Shown here: one piece after another, positions 52,651 to 64,000 of the stretch
Position numbering within the stretch: the stretch's first letter is position 1
How the letters are laid out: each line of letters starts with the position of its first letter
Source of the DNA: the human T2T-CHM13v2.0 reference genome, Homo sapiens
Assembly: GCF_009914755.1 (NCBI RefSeq)
Contig: NC_060927.1
Length of the DNA stretch: 64,000 nucleotides
Direction: 5' to 3' (one strand)
Notes under the pieces: generated by a model
Told to the model about the DNA's origin: nothing
Seen by the model: the letters and a program-made list of their open reading frames with translations, nothing else
Database searches by the model: none
Program-made: the position numbers and the translations under genes

Positions 52651-55600
52651 AGGTCATTGTGTGGGGCCCTGTGCCCCTCTAAGCCCACCTCTGTTGGGGT
52701 TTACCTCTCCATTCCTCCCATGAACAGTGCACTTTCCAGTCACCTTCCATGATTCCTCCTCAGCCCCTGCCTTGTCGCAGTAATCAATCCCCTCCTACAC
52801 ACACATCAGCTCCTCTTGCTGGAATCTTCTTCCCCTGGCATGCAGCCCTTTTCTGTCTCTGAGTTTGAACTGAGAACAATGAATGATCAGTGGCTACGTA
52901 CAGTGCTAGCCACTTCCCTACAGGGCTTTCTAAGAGAGAGGGGCCAACCTTGTTCAGCAATCACCAGGTGAGAGAGATGGAGGTGTCAGCCTGGTAGAGA
53001 GTGCTAGGATGGTCCCCCTGCCTGCTAGGAAAGGGATGGGGGTATTTTCACACTTACAGAGGTACCCAGAAAACCACTCAGAAGGATTGAGGTTGTTGTC
53101 TGTAGAAAGGAAGTGAGAACCTTACTTTTGCTGCCAGTTGGCTGAGCTGCAAACACTCTTAAGTCTGCTCCAGGCTGGTGTCAGAGCAGAGCCCAGGCGA
53201 GTCCTGGAAAGGCCTGACTCATGTCAAGTTTAGGGTACGTGAAAGCTTGGCCCTGATTCTTGCCCAGGGTGTCTGAATGCAAGTGAATGACGGGGCTGCC
53301 ACAGTTACAGGGTGAGGAGAGAGGGGCCAGAGGGAGAGCAGGTTCCCTGGTACAATTTGGCAGAACACAGGTGTTTTTGTTATTGTGGGCCAAAGGGACA
53401 TCCAGAAATGTGCAAGGCTAGCAACCAGAGGGCTGCCTGCCAGGAAGAGGGGTCCCAGTAGCAGGAGCTGATGCTGGAGGGGATTCCTGAGAGAAGGGAG
53501 AAGCTGAGGAGGAATTATGGAAGATCAACTGGAAAGAGCATCTTTCGCATGAGGAATTTGCCGCAAGCACAAATGTCCCAGCCACCCAGAAAAGGAGTGT
53601 GTCACTTACCATATCAATTCCTATGTAAAGATTTATAGCAGGGCCATCCTTACAGAGGGTGGGGAGGTGAAGATGGCAATTTGGAGACCTCTGCAGAGCC
53701 GTTGGAAAATGAAAAACTCTACTGGCTTTTTAAAGAGACTTTATACTTCTTTTCCTCTCATCCATATTCCCCTACCTCTGACCATGTTTAGAGCTAGGAG
53801 GAGGTTGGGGGATGAAGACGTAGAACAAGAAGAATGAAAGATCTTACCCCGTCCTTTCCCTATTGTGGGCCACCAAGCCACGGGTAAAGACTGAGTGGAG
53901 AAGAGGAACATCTATTTTAACTGGATGAGAGACTGATGTTTGATTTGGATTAAACCCTTCAAGACTATTCTAATTCATGAAAGTGAGCAGAAGGCTTTAG
54001 GATCTACCTGAGACGTGGACAGAGAGAAGGGAAGAAAGATTCAATGAAGAATTCCTAAGGACAGGAAAAGGAATAAAATGGATTCCTGAGCAAATCACAT
54101 CACCAACACAGTGAATAAATCAGGTACCCTGGCATATGAGTTGACTCTTCGAATTCAGAGAAAGGGAGTAGAAGGAGGAAGAAACTTCCCAGGCTAGAAG
54201 CTGCTGTAGTAGAGTGAGGTTTGCCCATCCATTCTTCTTGTTCCACCTCCTTAGCCCCAACCTCTCCTAACTCCAAATAAAACTAAAGGCAAAAATTCTT
54301 CCTTTCTATATTTCCTAAGAGTTATCAACAGAAGCCACAGAAAAGTCAGGTATACAGTGATGAGGGGGACAAGAAATCTTTAGTAAAATCCCCAGAAGCA
54401 GTCCCGGGTGTTTTGCCAATCCAGACGCTAAAAATGGTCCCCCAGATGTTGGCCGAGGCCAGCCCTGCCACAGTAAGACCCTGACCATTCTCCTTCCTGC
54501 CATCCTTTGGTTATGTTCTCAAGAATGGTGATGCTTTCCTGAAAGCACTACTTCGTTGTGTTGCCCTGGTCATGAGGCAGTGTGATAGTCCTTCTAATAA
54601 GTAACAGTTATGGAGCATTTGTTCTGGGCAGATGCATTCCACACATTTCCTCATTGTATCAATTAAGAGGCTTTCAGCTGCAAGGAGTGGAAAGTCCAGA
54701 CCAAACTGATATCAGATAACCAAAAAATCAAACTAATACAGAGAATGTGGGTATCTTGTAACTGAAAACATCCAGAGCTATGAAGGCTCATGAAGTCATC
54801 ATCAAGGTAAAGTGTATCTAAGGCCTGGCTCCTTTTCTCTGCAATTATTCACATCTGTGCCTGTAAGTGTATCCATTTTACATTAGCAAATATGGCCGCG
54901 CAGCTCCAAGCCTCCCAGTGGTATAATAAAACTTCCAGCGGGAAGGAAAGTATCTCTTCTGTTTGCTTTCTGCTAAAAGAGCAGTTCTCTCCCAGAACTG
55001 CTGAGAAAAGTGCTCATATCACTGGCTTGAACTGAGCCACTTGCCAACCCCTGACAGAAGCTTTGAAGCCAGGAGAATGGCCTGCACTAGGAACATGGTC
55101 ATGGATCCTGAACAAGTCATGTGCTGGGCGATTCTCATGAGCCTGTTTGGCCAGGAGCAATCAGAGCCCATCCTAGAAATGTAATTGGTATTGATTCCTC
55201 CCACCTAAACTGTATAGGCATGGTATATACAGGATGTACAGGAATTGGTAGCAGTATTCCATTCTTGGGATACATTATGATAATCCAGCTTCAATGTCAT
55301 GATATAGTTAAGGAAACTGAAGCTCTGAGAGGTGAAATGATTCTCTCAACATCACCCAAGTTACAACTCCACCCAAAGTCTATCTGAATCCAGGGCCCAT
55401 GCTCTTTCCACTACACATGGGCACCTGCTCATCCAACCAACATTATGGAACACGCGCCTCCTGGTAGATGTCTGGTGTGTTCGATAATGTAATAAGGTTC
55501 AAGTTCTCTAAGAATTGGTCAAAGAACATTTCCTCTTCTGCCAGGATCCATGACACGAAATTTTCTAAGCAGGAAAGGAAGTTTCTACATTAGAGGAAAA

Positions 55601-56209
55601 TTTCCCATTAATTGCCTGTGTATGGGGAGGGGATGTTGGAGTCACAAAACTATCTCTAATGCTGGAAAATCTACCTCTCCCCTCCTCCCAGCAGCTAAAA
55701 GTGAGGCAGCTCTGCTTCATATAGATTAGGTAGACAGAGAAGATGTGGTCACTGTTGTCACTGCTATCTGATGAAATAAAATAAAAACCCAGAACTCTAG
55801 AAGAAACCAGTATGTTAAAGGAGCACAGAGTGACTGATGTGATTGGCATATAGCTCCCTAAACCCTCCAGAAGCATCTGTAACCAACAAACAGGGAGCTT
55901 GTTAACCTAAGTAATTTGTACCCTGGGTCTGATGCAGTATCTGAGTACAAGTTAGGTGGGTATTTAAAGTCCAGATGTCTTCTCAGCAAGAGTTTGGCTG
56001 TGGGTTTTCCTGAGTCTTCCTCTTCCACTTTGGAAGAGCTCTATCATGTGCGTTATAGAACTATCATCAGAGCCTGTTGTAAATGAGAAGACTGGAGTGC
56101 CCATGCCTTTGTCCTCTGTGCTGTGCTAAGTGAGTGAGCAGGAAGACTCCTCTGGTGGAGGCTGACACAGGGGTTCTCTCACTCTTCAAACCTTCTTTCT
56201 GCTTTTCAG

Positions 56210-56331
56210 AAATGAACCGGCATCACTATGCCCTGTATGTGCACAACTGCCGCCTCGTCTTTCTCTTGCGGAAGGACTTCGACCAGGCTGACACCTTTCG
56301 CCCCGCGGAGTTCCACTGGAAGCTGGATCAG
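56210..56331 (+). CDS. CLSTN2: Calsyntenin-2 internal coding exon (likely exon 8), 122 nt, phase 1-0; LNS domain
   Basis: Acceptor ccttctttctgcttttcAG, donor CAG|GTatgg. Translates (E)MNRHHYALYVHNCRLVFLLRKDFDQADTFRPAEFHWKLDQ; CpG-rich relative to the flanking intron. Confidence 0.97.
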
Positions 56332-58477
56332 GTATGGTGCTCACCTCACACCTGCTGCTACTCATGCCTCTGCGGGGGTGGCCAGTCCAATCCAATGGTG
56401 ATGGCAGTGGGGAGGCACTGCAAGGTCCTGACCACTTGCTGAATTTTGGAAAAATCAGCTTAGGGAGACACACAGCATCTTAAAGTCAGGAAGGAAACTG
56501 CCTCCTTATAGCCAGGTGAAGGTGGAAAGGGATACGCTTCCCAGCTGGGATGCTGCTGGGTCACTGGACCTGTCATGTGCCGTTTGTCCATTTGCTCCAC
56601 ATCGAGCTTGTGGAAGCCAGTTCTCCTGATCCCCAGGCCCAGTTACGATCTCTGTTAGCACATCTTTAAATCACAAATGCTCCATGTCTTCCCTTGGTGC
56701 TCTACTACCTCCTTTGGGTGACACAAGGTTGAGGACAGGGACTTGAGGGCTTTGAAGTAAGCAGTGACACAGAGCACCTTAGGCAGTGCATGCTCTTTTC
56801 TGAAGTGGAAAAATCTGTGACTCACTCCAGAGCCTCGTGACTTTTGATCACAAGAGCCACTGCATCATACTTTCAATGACAAAGCAAGTGTCTGGTGTGA
56901 CTCCAAAGCTTTGAAGTATGTTTCTGAGGACTGTGGAGCATTAACGGTGGAAGTAGTACTCACTTTTCTGGGTGGCTGTGCCATCAGGAAGCGTCTGTGT
57001 AGCAAGACTAGAGTTGGCCTTTGCTTAAATTTGAAAGGGACCAGGCGCTAATTGTTCAAAAGTGTTTTAAATTATCAAGAGAAAGAATGCCAGCAGTCAG
57101 AAAATGGGATTAAGGAATAGATGCTGCTTAATGAGGCAGAGGAAATGATGCCCTTTCTCTGACCCTTCCTCCCTGGGGCCCCAGGACCTCATTTTGTTTT
57201 TATTCTGCCCCTTCCATATGCTGGGCTAAGCACTTCTGGGACCCCCAGTCTTCTTTACTTTGTCCAAAGCCCACTGTGTGTACTACACTACCTGCCTCAC
57301 CTTGCTGAGGGCTGACTGATTCATAATCCTTTCCCTTCTCCTTCCTTGTTATTATATCTCCACCCCCACCCTCTCTCTGTTCCATCCAAGTCTCCAGTCC
57401 TCCAGTAAGCTGATCTCAGAGTGTTACTAGGAAGTATTCCAGGAGGAATTCATTCACACTGAGATGGAAATGATTGCTGCCACCTTTCATCCTCATAGAA
57501 GTACACATGTATGTTCTCTAAAACAAAGATTCATTAACTCTAAGGAATCTCTCAATGGTGGAACTCCAGGCAATGTGACAAGATTAAGGATGCCAAGCTG
57601 ATGGAAAAGTTGCTAGGGGAGCCCAGTGGCAACTGCCTAATCCACTCCCAGTAAATCCCATCCTGCTGTATGCTAATTCTAAAAATATGGCATCTTGATT
57701 AGTCTATGTTCCTCTGAGTTAGGAATTCTGAATCTGGCAGGAATTGTGAAATCTTGACATTGTTTATTTTATTTCTCAGCAACCTCTCAGCTATGTCCTA
57801 AAGTGCCATATGGCTTTTATGGGATGTTTTAAAATATATAATACAAATTGAAGTGAATTAAAATAAATTCCATATTGTGAGGGTTTTTAAAATAGGAACA
57901 CTGCTATACTGGTTGAGATAATTATAGATATCCTGAGGCATTTTCTAAGATGGGATTGAGAGGCATTGATGCAGGCAAATGAAGCCATGGGCTTGGAAAT
58001 TAAAAATAGGTGAGGAAGGAATTCTGGTTCTGAAGATAAAGATATAGTGAATCTAGCAGGTTCTAACATCTGTTCCCAAAGTGGTGAATTTAAGGAGGGG
58101 CTGAGATTCACCAAACACATTCCAAACTACCCTGATCTCATTGACTACCGTTTATCAATGCCTGCTCTGTGCTAGGCAGGATGCACGTGGGAAATTATTC
58201 TCGTCTCTGCTACAGCCCTTCCTGGTGGCTAATGTGTGGCAAGAGACTGAGGTCCAGTAGCTTGCGCAAGGTCACACAGCAAACCGTGGGTAGGACCTGC
58301 CCTTTCCATTATGCCCGGCTGCTGCTTTGGTGTGCCAGCTAATTCGAAATTTTAAAAATTTGCATTTCTAAATTTACAAAAATTTTAGAGATCAGAATTA
58401 TCACTGAAGTACAAAATGTTCATAGTCTTGATGAAATCCTCTAAAATGGTCACTTCTTCATTTTGCTCAAGCTGTCC

Positions 58478-58840
58478 TATTCTTTGTCAGCTCAGGCTGC
58501 CATAACAAAGTATCACAGGCTGAGTGGCTTAAATAATAGGAATTTATTTTCTCACAGTTAAAGGTGTTGGGAAGTACAAGATCAAGGTGCCAATTTGGTT
58601 CCTGTTAAGAGATCTCTTCCTAGCTTTTAGAGGGCCTCCTTCTCACCATGTCCTCACATGGCAGAGAGGGAGCACTCTTGTGTGTTTTCTTCTTATGAGG
58701 AACCAGCCCTATCGAAATAGTGGTCCACCCTTTTGACCTCATTTAACCTTAATTACCTACTCAAGGTCCTAGCTCCAAATATATTGGGGGTTAGGTTTTC
58801 AAAATATGAATTTGGGAGAGGCACAATTCAGTCCATAGCA
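58478..58840 (-). mobile_element. MLT1A-like LTR
   Basis: ggctgccataacaaagtatcacaggctgagtggcttaaa..aagatcaaggtgcc..atatgaatttggg..cagtccatagca. Confidence 0.82.
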
Positions 58841-61800
58841 TTCCTCTACTAAAGAAATTAACATTTAAAAAGTTTAAAGACTGCCTGTTGATGATCAGAG
58901 CCCCAGCTCACCTGCACAGCTGCCCTCCCTCTGAAGGGAACCACAGTGAGTAGGGTGTAGGAAACCTCAACAGTTCCCATGCTAGCAATCCAGTGGTATA
59001 TACTGAGCAACCCAGAGACCCCTCTTTCTCCTTACTCAGCTCCCTGTGTAGACAGAACCTTGCCAGAAGTTTCTTGGGTGTAAATCACTTGATGCCCAGA
59101 ATGTGCATACCTAGTAAGGTCACCTCCCCCAGGAAGCCATCCTGGGTCACCCCCATGGGTGGTTTGCCTCTCTTCTCTGCTCCCCAGTCTCCAGGCAGAA
59201 CTCCATCCCCATTCCTACTGTTCTGTAGTTACCCATTTATCCTGCCTGTCTGCTCACTTTGCACTGAACTCCTGGAGGGCACGGTAGTGTCTTACTCATC
59301 TCCAGCTCTTCTGTGCATGTTATAGGCATGAGCACATGGTTGGCGCCTAGTAAATGTTTGCATAACAGTGAATGGATGTCAAGATTAAAAGAAGGGAGAG
59401 ATGAAGTGAGGCAGGGGAAGAGGGAGGGAGAGAGGAAAGAGGAAAAATCCAGAGATCTTTGAAAACCTCCGGGTGATTAATTGATCTTTAGACTCATTTT
59501 ATTGAGCATTTTAAAATGCTTAAATGTTGCCATTTTTTACTCTCTGGATTTCAAACATTGTTCATCTTTGATCTTGATGTCTTATTTCAGGATCTTACTA
59601 GATTTACCACCAGTGGATTTGTAACTGTTACAGAACTTTCTGGCCTTGGCCAGAAAGGACTCAAGCCAGTCTAATGTATTGTCTATATTTTAACTCCTGG
59701 CCTACCTTGGGAATTTCAGCATTTTATCTGTTCTAATGCCTGATGGGGACTCGCTTATTTCTTTATTCAGCAGTTTATTCTGAGCACAAACTGTGCTCTA
59801 GGCTCTGTGTGGGGTACCTGGGATTAGTAGCTAAAATAAGAGTCTCTGTTCTTTAGAAGTTTCCATGATAATGGGTCAAACAAACACATCAACAGACAGT
59901 TTACAATTCCATGTGATAGGCACGGTGGGCTGGGGCCGGATCAGGGGAGTCTGTGGAAGCCCATGCAGGGGCACCTGGGGCTGAAAGCCTGGGAAGGCCT
60001 CTGGGAGGGAACATCTGCAAGGAATGTGGAGTTCTCTGTGGTGCAGGGCAGGGCAGCCTAGTGGCAGAGCAGTGAGCAGGAGGGCTGGGGTCAGGGCGTG
60101 TGAGCTCTCAGTGTGGTGGGGCATAGGCACAGGCATGGGGCGGAAGGAGAAAGCTTTGACAGGTATTGGGACACCTTGTGGAGGAGCAGGTGGACATTAA
60201 ACCCCAAGTGGCTTTTTATATCATATTATTGAGTTGGCGCTTTATCCCCAAAGGAATGGGCCATAATTGAAACATCTACTATTCAAGAGAAGACTGATAA
60301 TTTTAGAGATGGGCAAATATAGGGAATTCTAGTATGACATTCATCAGATTTATCAAGTTTAAGCAAATATAACTCATGCCGGGCCATTGAATGGAGCCGG
60401 TGGCAGGGGCTATGTTAGAAGCCCCCCAGGAACCCCAGCCCTGGACAGACATGTTTGAACAGCGGCTCTTCATGGCACTGAAACCAGGCACAGTGGTTTT
60501 CACATAGCCCTTCAGGAGTGCTGCTGAGAGAGGCAGTTCCACAGAGGCACTGTGTGCTTTAGTCAGCCCAGCCCCTCTGCCCCGCACCGCAGCAGGCTCT
60601 GGCCAAGGTGGATGGACAGCCAGGTAAATCTATTACCAGGCAGCTCCAGGAGATGCCTGTGACAATCCAGGGCATCTCACTAAAGCCATCATAATGATGA
60701 GGAGAATGTCATTTTAATGGGATTTTCACTTATGATCCACTAATGCAAATCCCTGGAGCCTGCAGTGAGTCATGTGCAAACCCAGACAAAAGCAGAGGAG
60801 AGTGCCCAGCTGCCAGCACACACAGGATCGGTTGACTAACTTGCAGCCCCTCCTGGCTTTAATATCATTTGGATATGGTTGACTCAGTGTCACAATCTAA
60901 TAATCTTCCCTTTGGACCTGGTATGGTGACTGCAGGGAAATCTGCTGATGTTTTACAGTATGTTCCACTTATGGGAAGACACAGCTTGAGTGACAGCCTC
61001 AATTGACCAGCAAGCGCACAGGTACCCCCAGCTCACATAAGGAAAAAAGTGCATCTCTGAAAAATTGCAACAAGCACAGGATGCAAATGTCGGATTCATT
61101 CAGTTGGCTGTTGCCCTCTCTGTGCCAGAAATTGTACTAGGCATCAGGGATCAAGAGAAGAACAACACAACTCCACCCTGGGGAAACTCAGCCCTGCTCA
61201 GTTTATACCCAGTTTACATATCCTTGGGAGCATCTTTTGCAAGAATCCCAAACTCTAATAATTGTGGGTGGGAAGAAGCATCAAGATGAGTGACAATACC
61301 TGGCTGGGTGAATGTAAGATTCAGTGGAAAGTAAAATAAAGTAATAAAGGTTTAGCCACTACACATCTATAAACTATACAAGAATCTGGGCCTCGTGCTG
61401 CACTTCCAGTTGCTCAGAAGTTAGAAATCAGATTTCTATGTAAAATTTCTCAACTTTAATATGTGCTCATTTACAAAAACAGATCATCTGGCCAAACAAA
61501 ATATTCTGCAGTCCACCTTTACTCTCTGGTCTCTGGTTTGAGATTACTGATTTAAAAAGCTACTATTTTGATACAAGAAAGCCACACAATAATGCGTCTG
61601 AGAAGTTTGGATCCTCTTAAGAGGATTCACCTTTGTGAATGTTTCCAATTCTCTCTGCCCCTGCCCTACCTCCCACAGAGAATGCTAAACTCCCCGTATG
61701 AGGGGAGCTTCTCAGGTCCCCAGCAGCCCTTCACCATACCCAGAGGGTCCCTTCAACCCAGGTCCATGGTTTGGTGGTGGTATTCCTCCTTCTCATATAA

Positions 61801-62914
61801 ATGAGCATAAGTCACAGCCCGAGTTCCCCAGAGCCAGGATTTGAGCACATTTGTCTTGGGCCAGAGCCTTTGCTTATCAAGTCCATTCTACTTGCATAGA
61901 ATTCTAAAGCTCCTGGAAGGATCTAAAAGTGAATACATCCTTTATTCTTGGTGAGGAAAGTGTGTTAGAATGATGCAGAGTCAGTTTACTTGCATCTGCT
62001 CATTCGGTTTCACGGGGAGTCAAATAGGTTAGTTCAATCATTATTATAACCAAGTGCCAAGGAGTTAATTGGAGAATGGTCAGTGCAGTTCAGACCAGTC
62101 ATCTTAATGAGCAAAATAATTGGGCATTGTCAGCACTCTAATCCTGCTGTTAAAGACTAGCTCTTGGCTTCATTGGGCATGTTTCTTCCAATGCAGCAGG
62201 CCACTCTGCTCGGCATCCCTGCCTGTGCCCTGCCCTCATTAAGACCATGTGTCCTTTAGGAACCAGTGTCCTAAACAGAGGGGGAAGGATGTCCAGAATG
62301 TCTTTTTTTTCCTCTCTCTCTTTCAGGCAGAATTCCAAATGACTTTTTCTATGACATCAAATTGCAGGGTTGTTCTGGGTGAATAATATATGTATGTGTG
62401 TTTTGGGGGTAGGGAGACAGTCACAAATAGTGACTCACTTTGGATATGCAAAGTGAACCTAGTCTCTCTTTATTTCCCCATGATATATATGGCTTCCTGA
62501 CAAGCCCCAGTCATACTCTAGTCCCTCTCCCTGACTGTTTCCATTTCAAAGAGAGCCTCAAGACATTTGGAGAGAGTTGGCTTCTGTAGCTTCATGGTGT
62601 TGGCAGAGAAGGGTCCTCAGACCCACATGGGACATCCTGGGCTTCTCAGGTCAGAGTTGTGCAATGGTTGGATTGTCCACTCTCTGGAAAGGTAGCTGCT
62701 GGCATGCATATCCCATTTGTTCTGCTTTCTTTTTGAGAGAGTGCCAGTGTGCTGGCACCCAGCACTGCACCCACTGCCTGAGCCATGCTCGTTCCATCTT
62801 AAAGCCCCTTTCCTGCAGCTTTTCATCATGCCTCAGATTCCTGCTGCATGGCTTCTCCTCATTACTCTCATGCCATGTCACCTTACCTGGCACCTCTGGG
62901 CTCTGTTAGGTGCC

Positions 62915-63739
62915 TGTGGCAGACGAAATAATGGTCCCCAAAGATGTCTACCTCTGAACCCCAGAAAGCTGTGAATATGTGGCATTACATGGCAAGACGG
63001 TGTTCGCATATGTGACTAAGTTAAGGGTCTTGAGATGGAGAGATGATTTTGGATTATTCTTATGGGCCCAATATAATAGTAAGTGTTCTTATAAGAGGGG
63101 AGGCAAGAGGGTAAGAGCCAGAAACAGAGATGTGAAGATGGAAGCAGAGGTCAGAATGATGTGAGACCATGATTCAAGGAATGCAGCAGCCTCTAGAAAC
63201 TGGATAGGGAAGGAAACGGATCCTCCAGTACAGCCTTCAGAAGGGATGTGGCCCTGCTGACACCTCCATTTTAGTCCAGTGACATTCATTTCAGACTTCT
63301 GACCTCCAAAACTATAAGATAATAAATCTATGGGGGTTTTTTGTGTTTTTTTTGTTGTTGTTGTTTGTTTTTTTGAGACAGAGTCTTGCTTTGTTGCCCA
63401 GGCTGGAGTGCAGTGGTGCGATCTTGGCTCACTGCAAGCTCCGCCTCCTGGGCTCACGCAATTCTCCTGCCTCAACCTCCTGAGTAGCTGGGACTACAGG
63501 CAACCGCTACCACGCCAGGCTAATTTTTTGTTTTTTGTTTGTTTGGTTTTTTTTAGTAGAGACAGGGTTTCACCGTGTTGGCCAGGATGGTCTCGATCTC
63601 CTGACCTTATGATCCACCTGCTTCGGCCTCCCAATGTGCTGGGATTACAGGCATAAGCCACCACGCCTGGCCAAATCCGTGTTGTTTTAAGCCACAAAGT
63701 TTGTGGTAATTTGTTACAGCAGCAATAGGAAACTAATAC
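62915..63739 (+). mobile_element. MLT1C/D-like LTR interrupted by an Alu
   Basis: tgtggcagacgaaataatggtccccaaagatgtc..gtaatttgttacagcagcaataggaaactaatac. Confidence 0.85.
63337..63672 (-). mobile_element. Alu (AluY/Sc-like) inside MLT1
   Basis: gcaagctccgcc and caggatggtctcgatc diagnostics; degenerate TSD aaatctatg / aaatccgtg. Confidence 0.92.
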
Positions 63740-64000
63740 CTCACTCGTGAGCCTTTGGGAGCCCTGGAGCTGCCTCAGGCTCATAAATCAATCCACCTCC
63801 CATCTCCCTACACCTTGCTGAGGTGACCCTGGGCCATCATTTCTGAAGAGGTGTGTAGGCTCTTCTGTACACCAGTGTATGATGTCTCTACCACAGGTCT
63901 CCACAGCCCTCCCCTTCCAGCTTGGGTACTAGGGAGGAAAGAGGAAGAGGCACTGCTTTTTAAAACCCCCATTCACTGCTTGCTCCTGGCTTTTCACCAG

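Overview
Primate DNA, most likely human, from the middle of the calsyntenin-2 gene (CLSTN2, + strand). Four internal coding exons (10730-10879, 38093-38278, 49095-49343, 56210-56331) have canonical AG/GT boundaries and splice into one open frame. They encode the end of cadherin repeat 2, the linker and the start of the LNS/laminin-G domain. They are probably exons 5-8, numbered from recall. The rest is intron, dense in interspersed repeats: a ~6.3 kb old L1 carrying nested LTR, Alu and L1PB insertions, nine Alus, solo LTRs (LTR10-like, MER54-like, MER67-like, MER74-like, MLT1), hAT DNA-transposon fossils, MIR/L2 and microsatellites. Almost all ORFs in the supplied track are spurious. I see no prokaryotic-type system, CRISPR array or RNA gene. 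The best leads are: a recursive-splice-site-like AG|GTAAGA element with a stop-containing RS-exon at 14105-14275; a sense solo LTR10 just upstream carrying a p53-like site; an exact 35-bp duplication 2.27 kb apart; two perfect-hairpin loci; and intronic polyadenylation, poison-exon and circRNA candidates. All are untested hypotheses. Repeat subfamily names come from recognition by eye, and many repeat boundaries are approximate.
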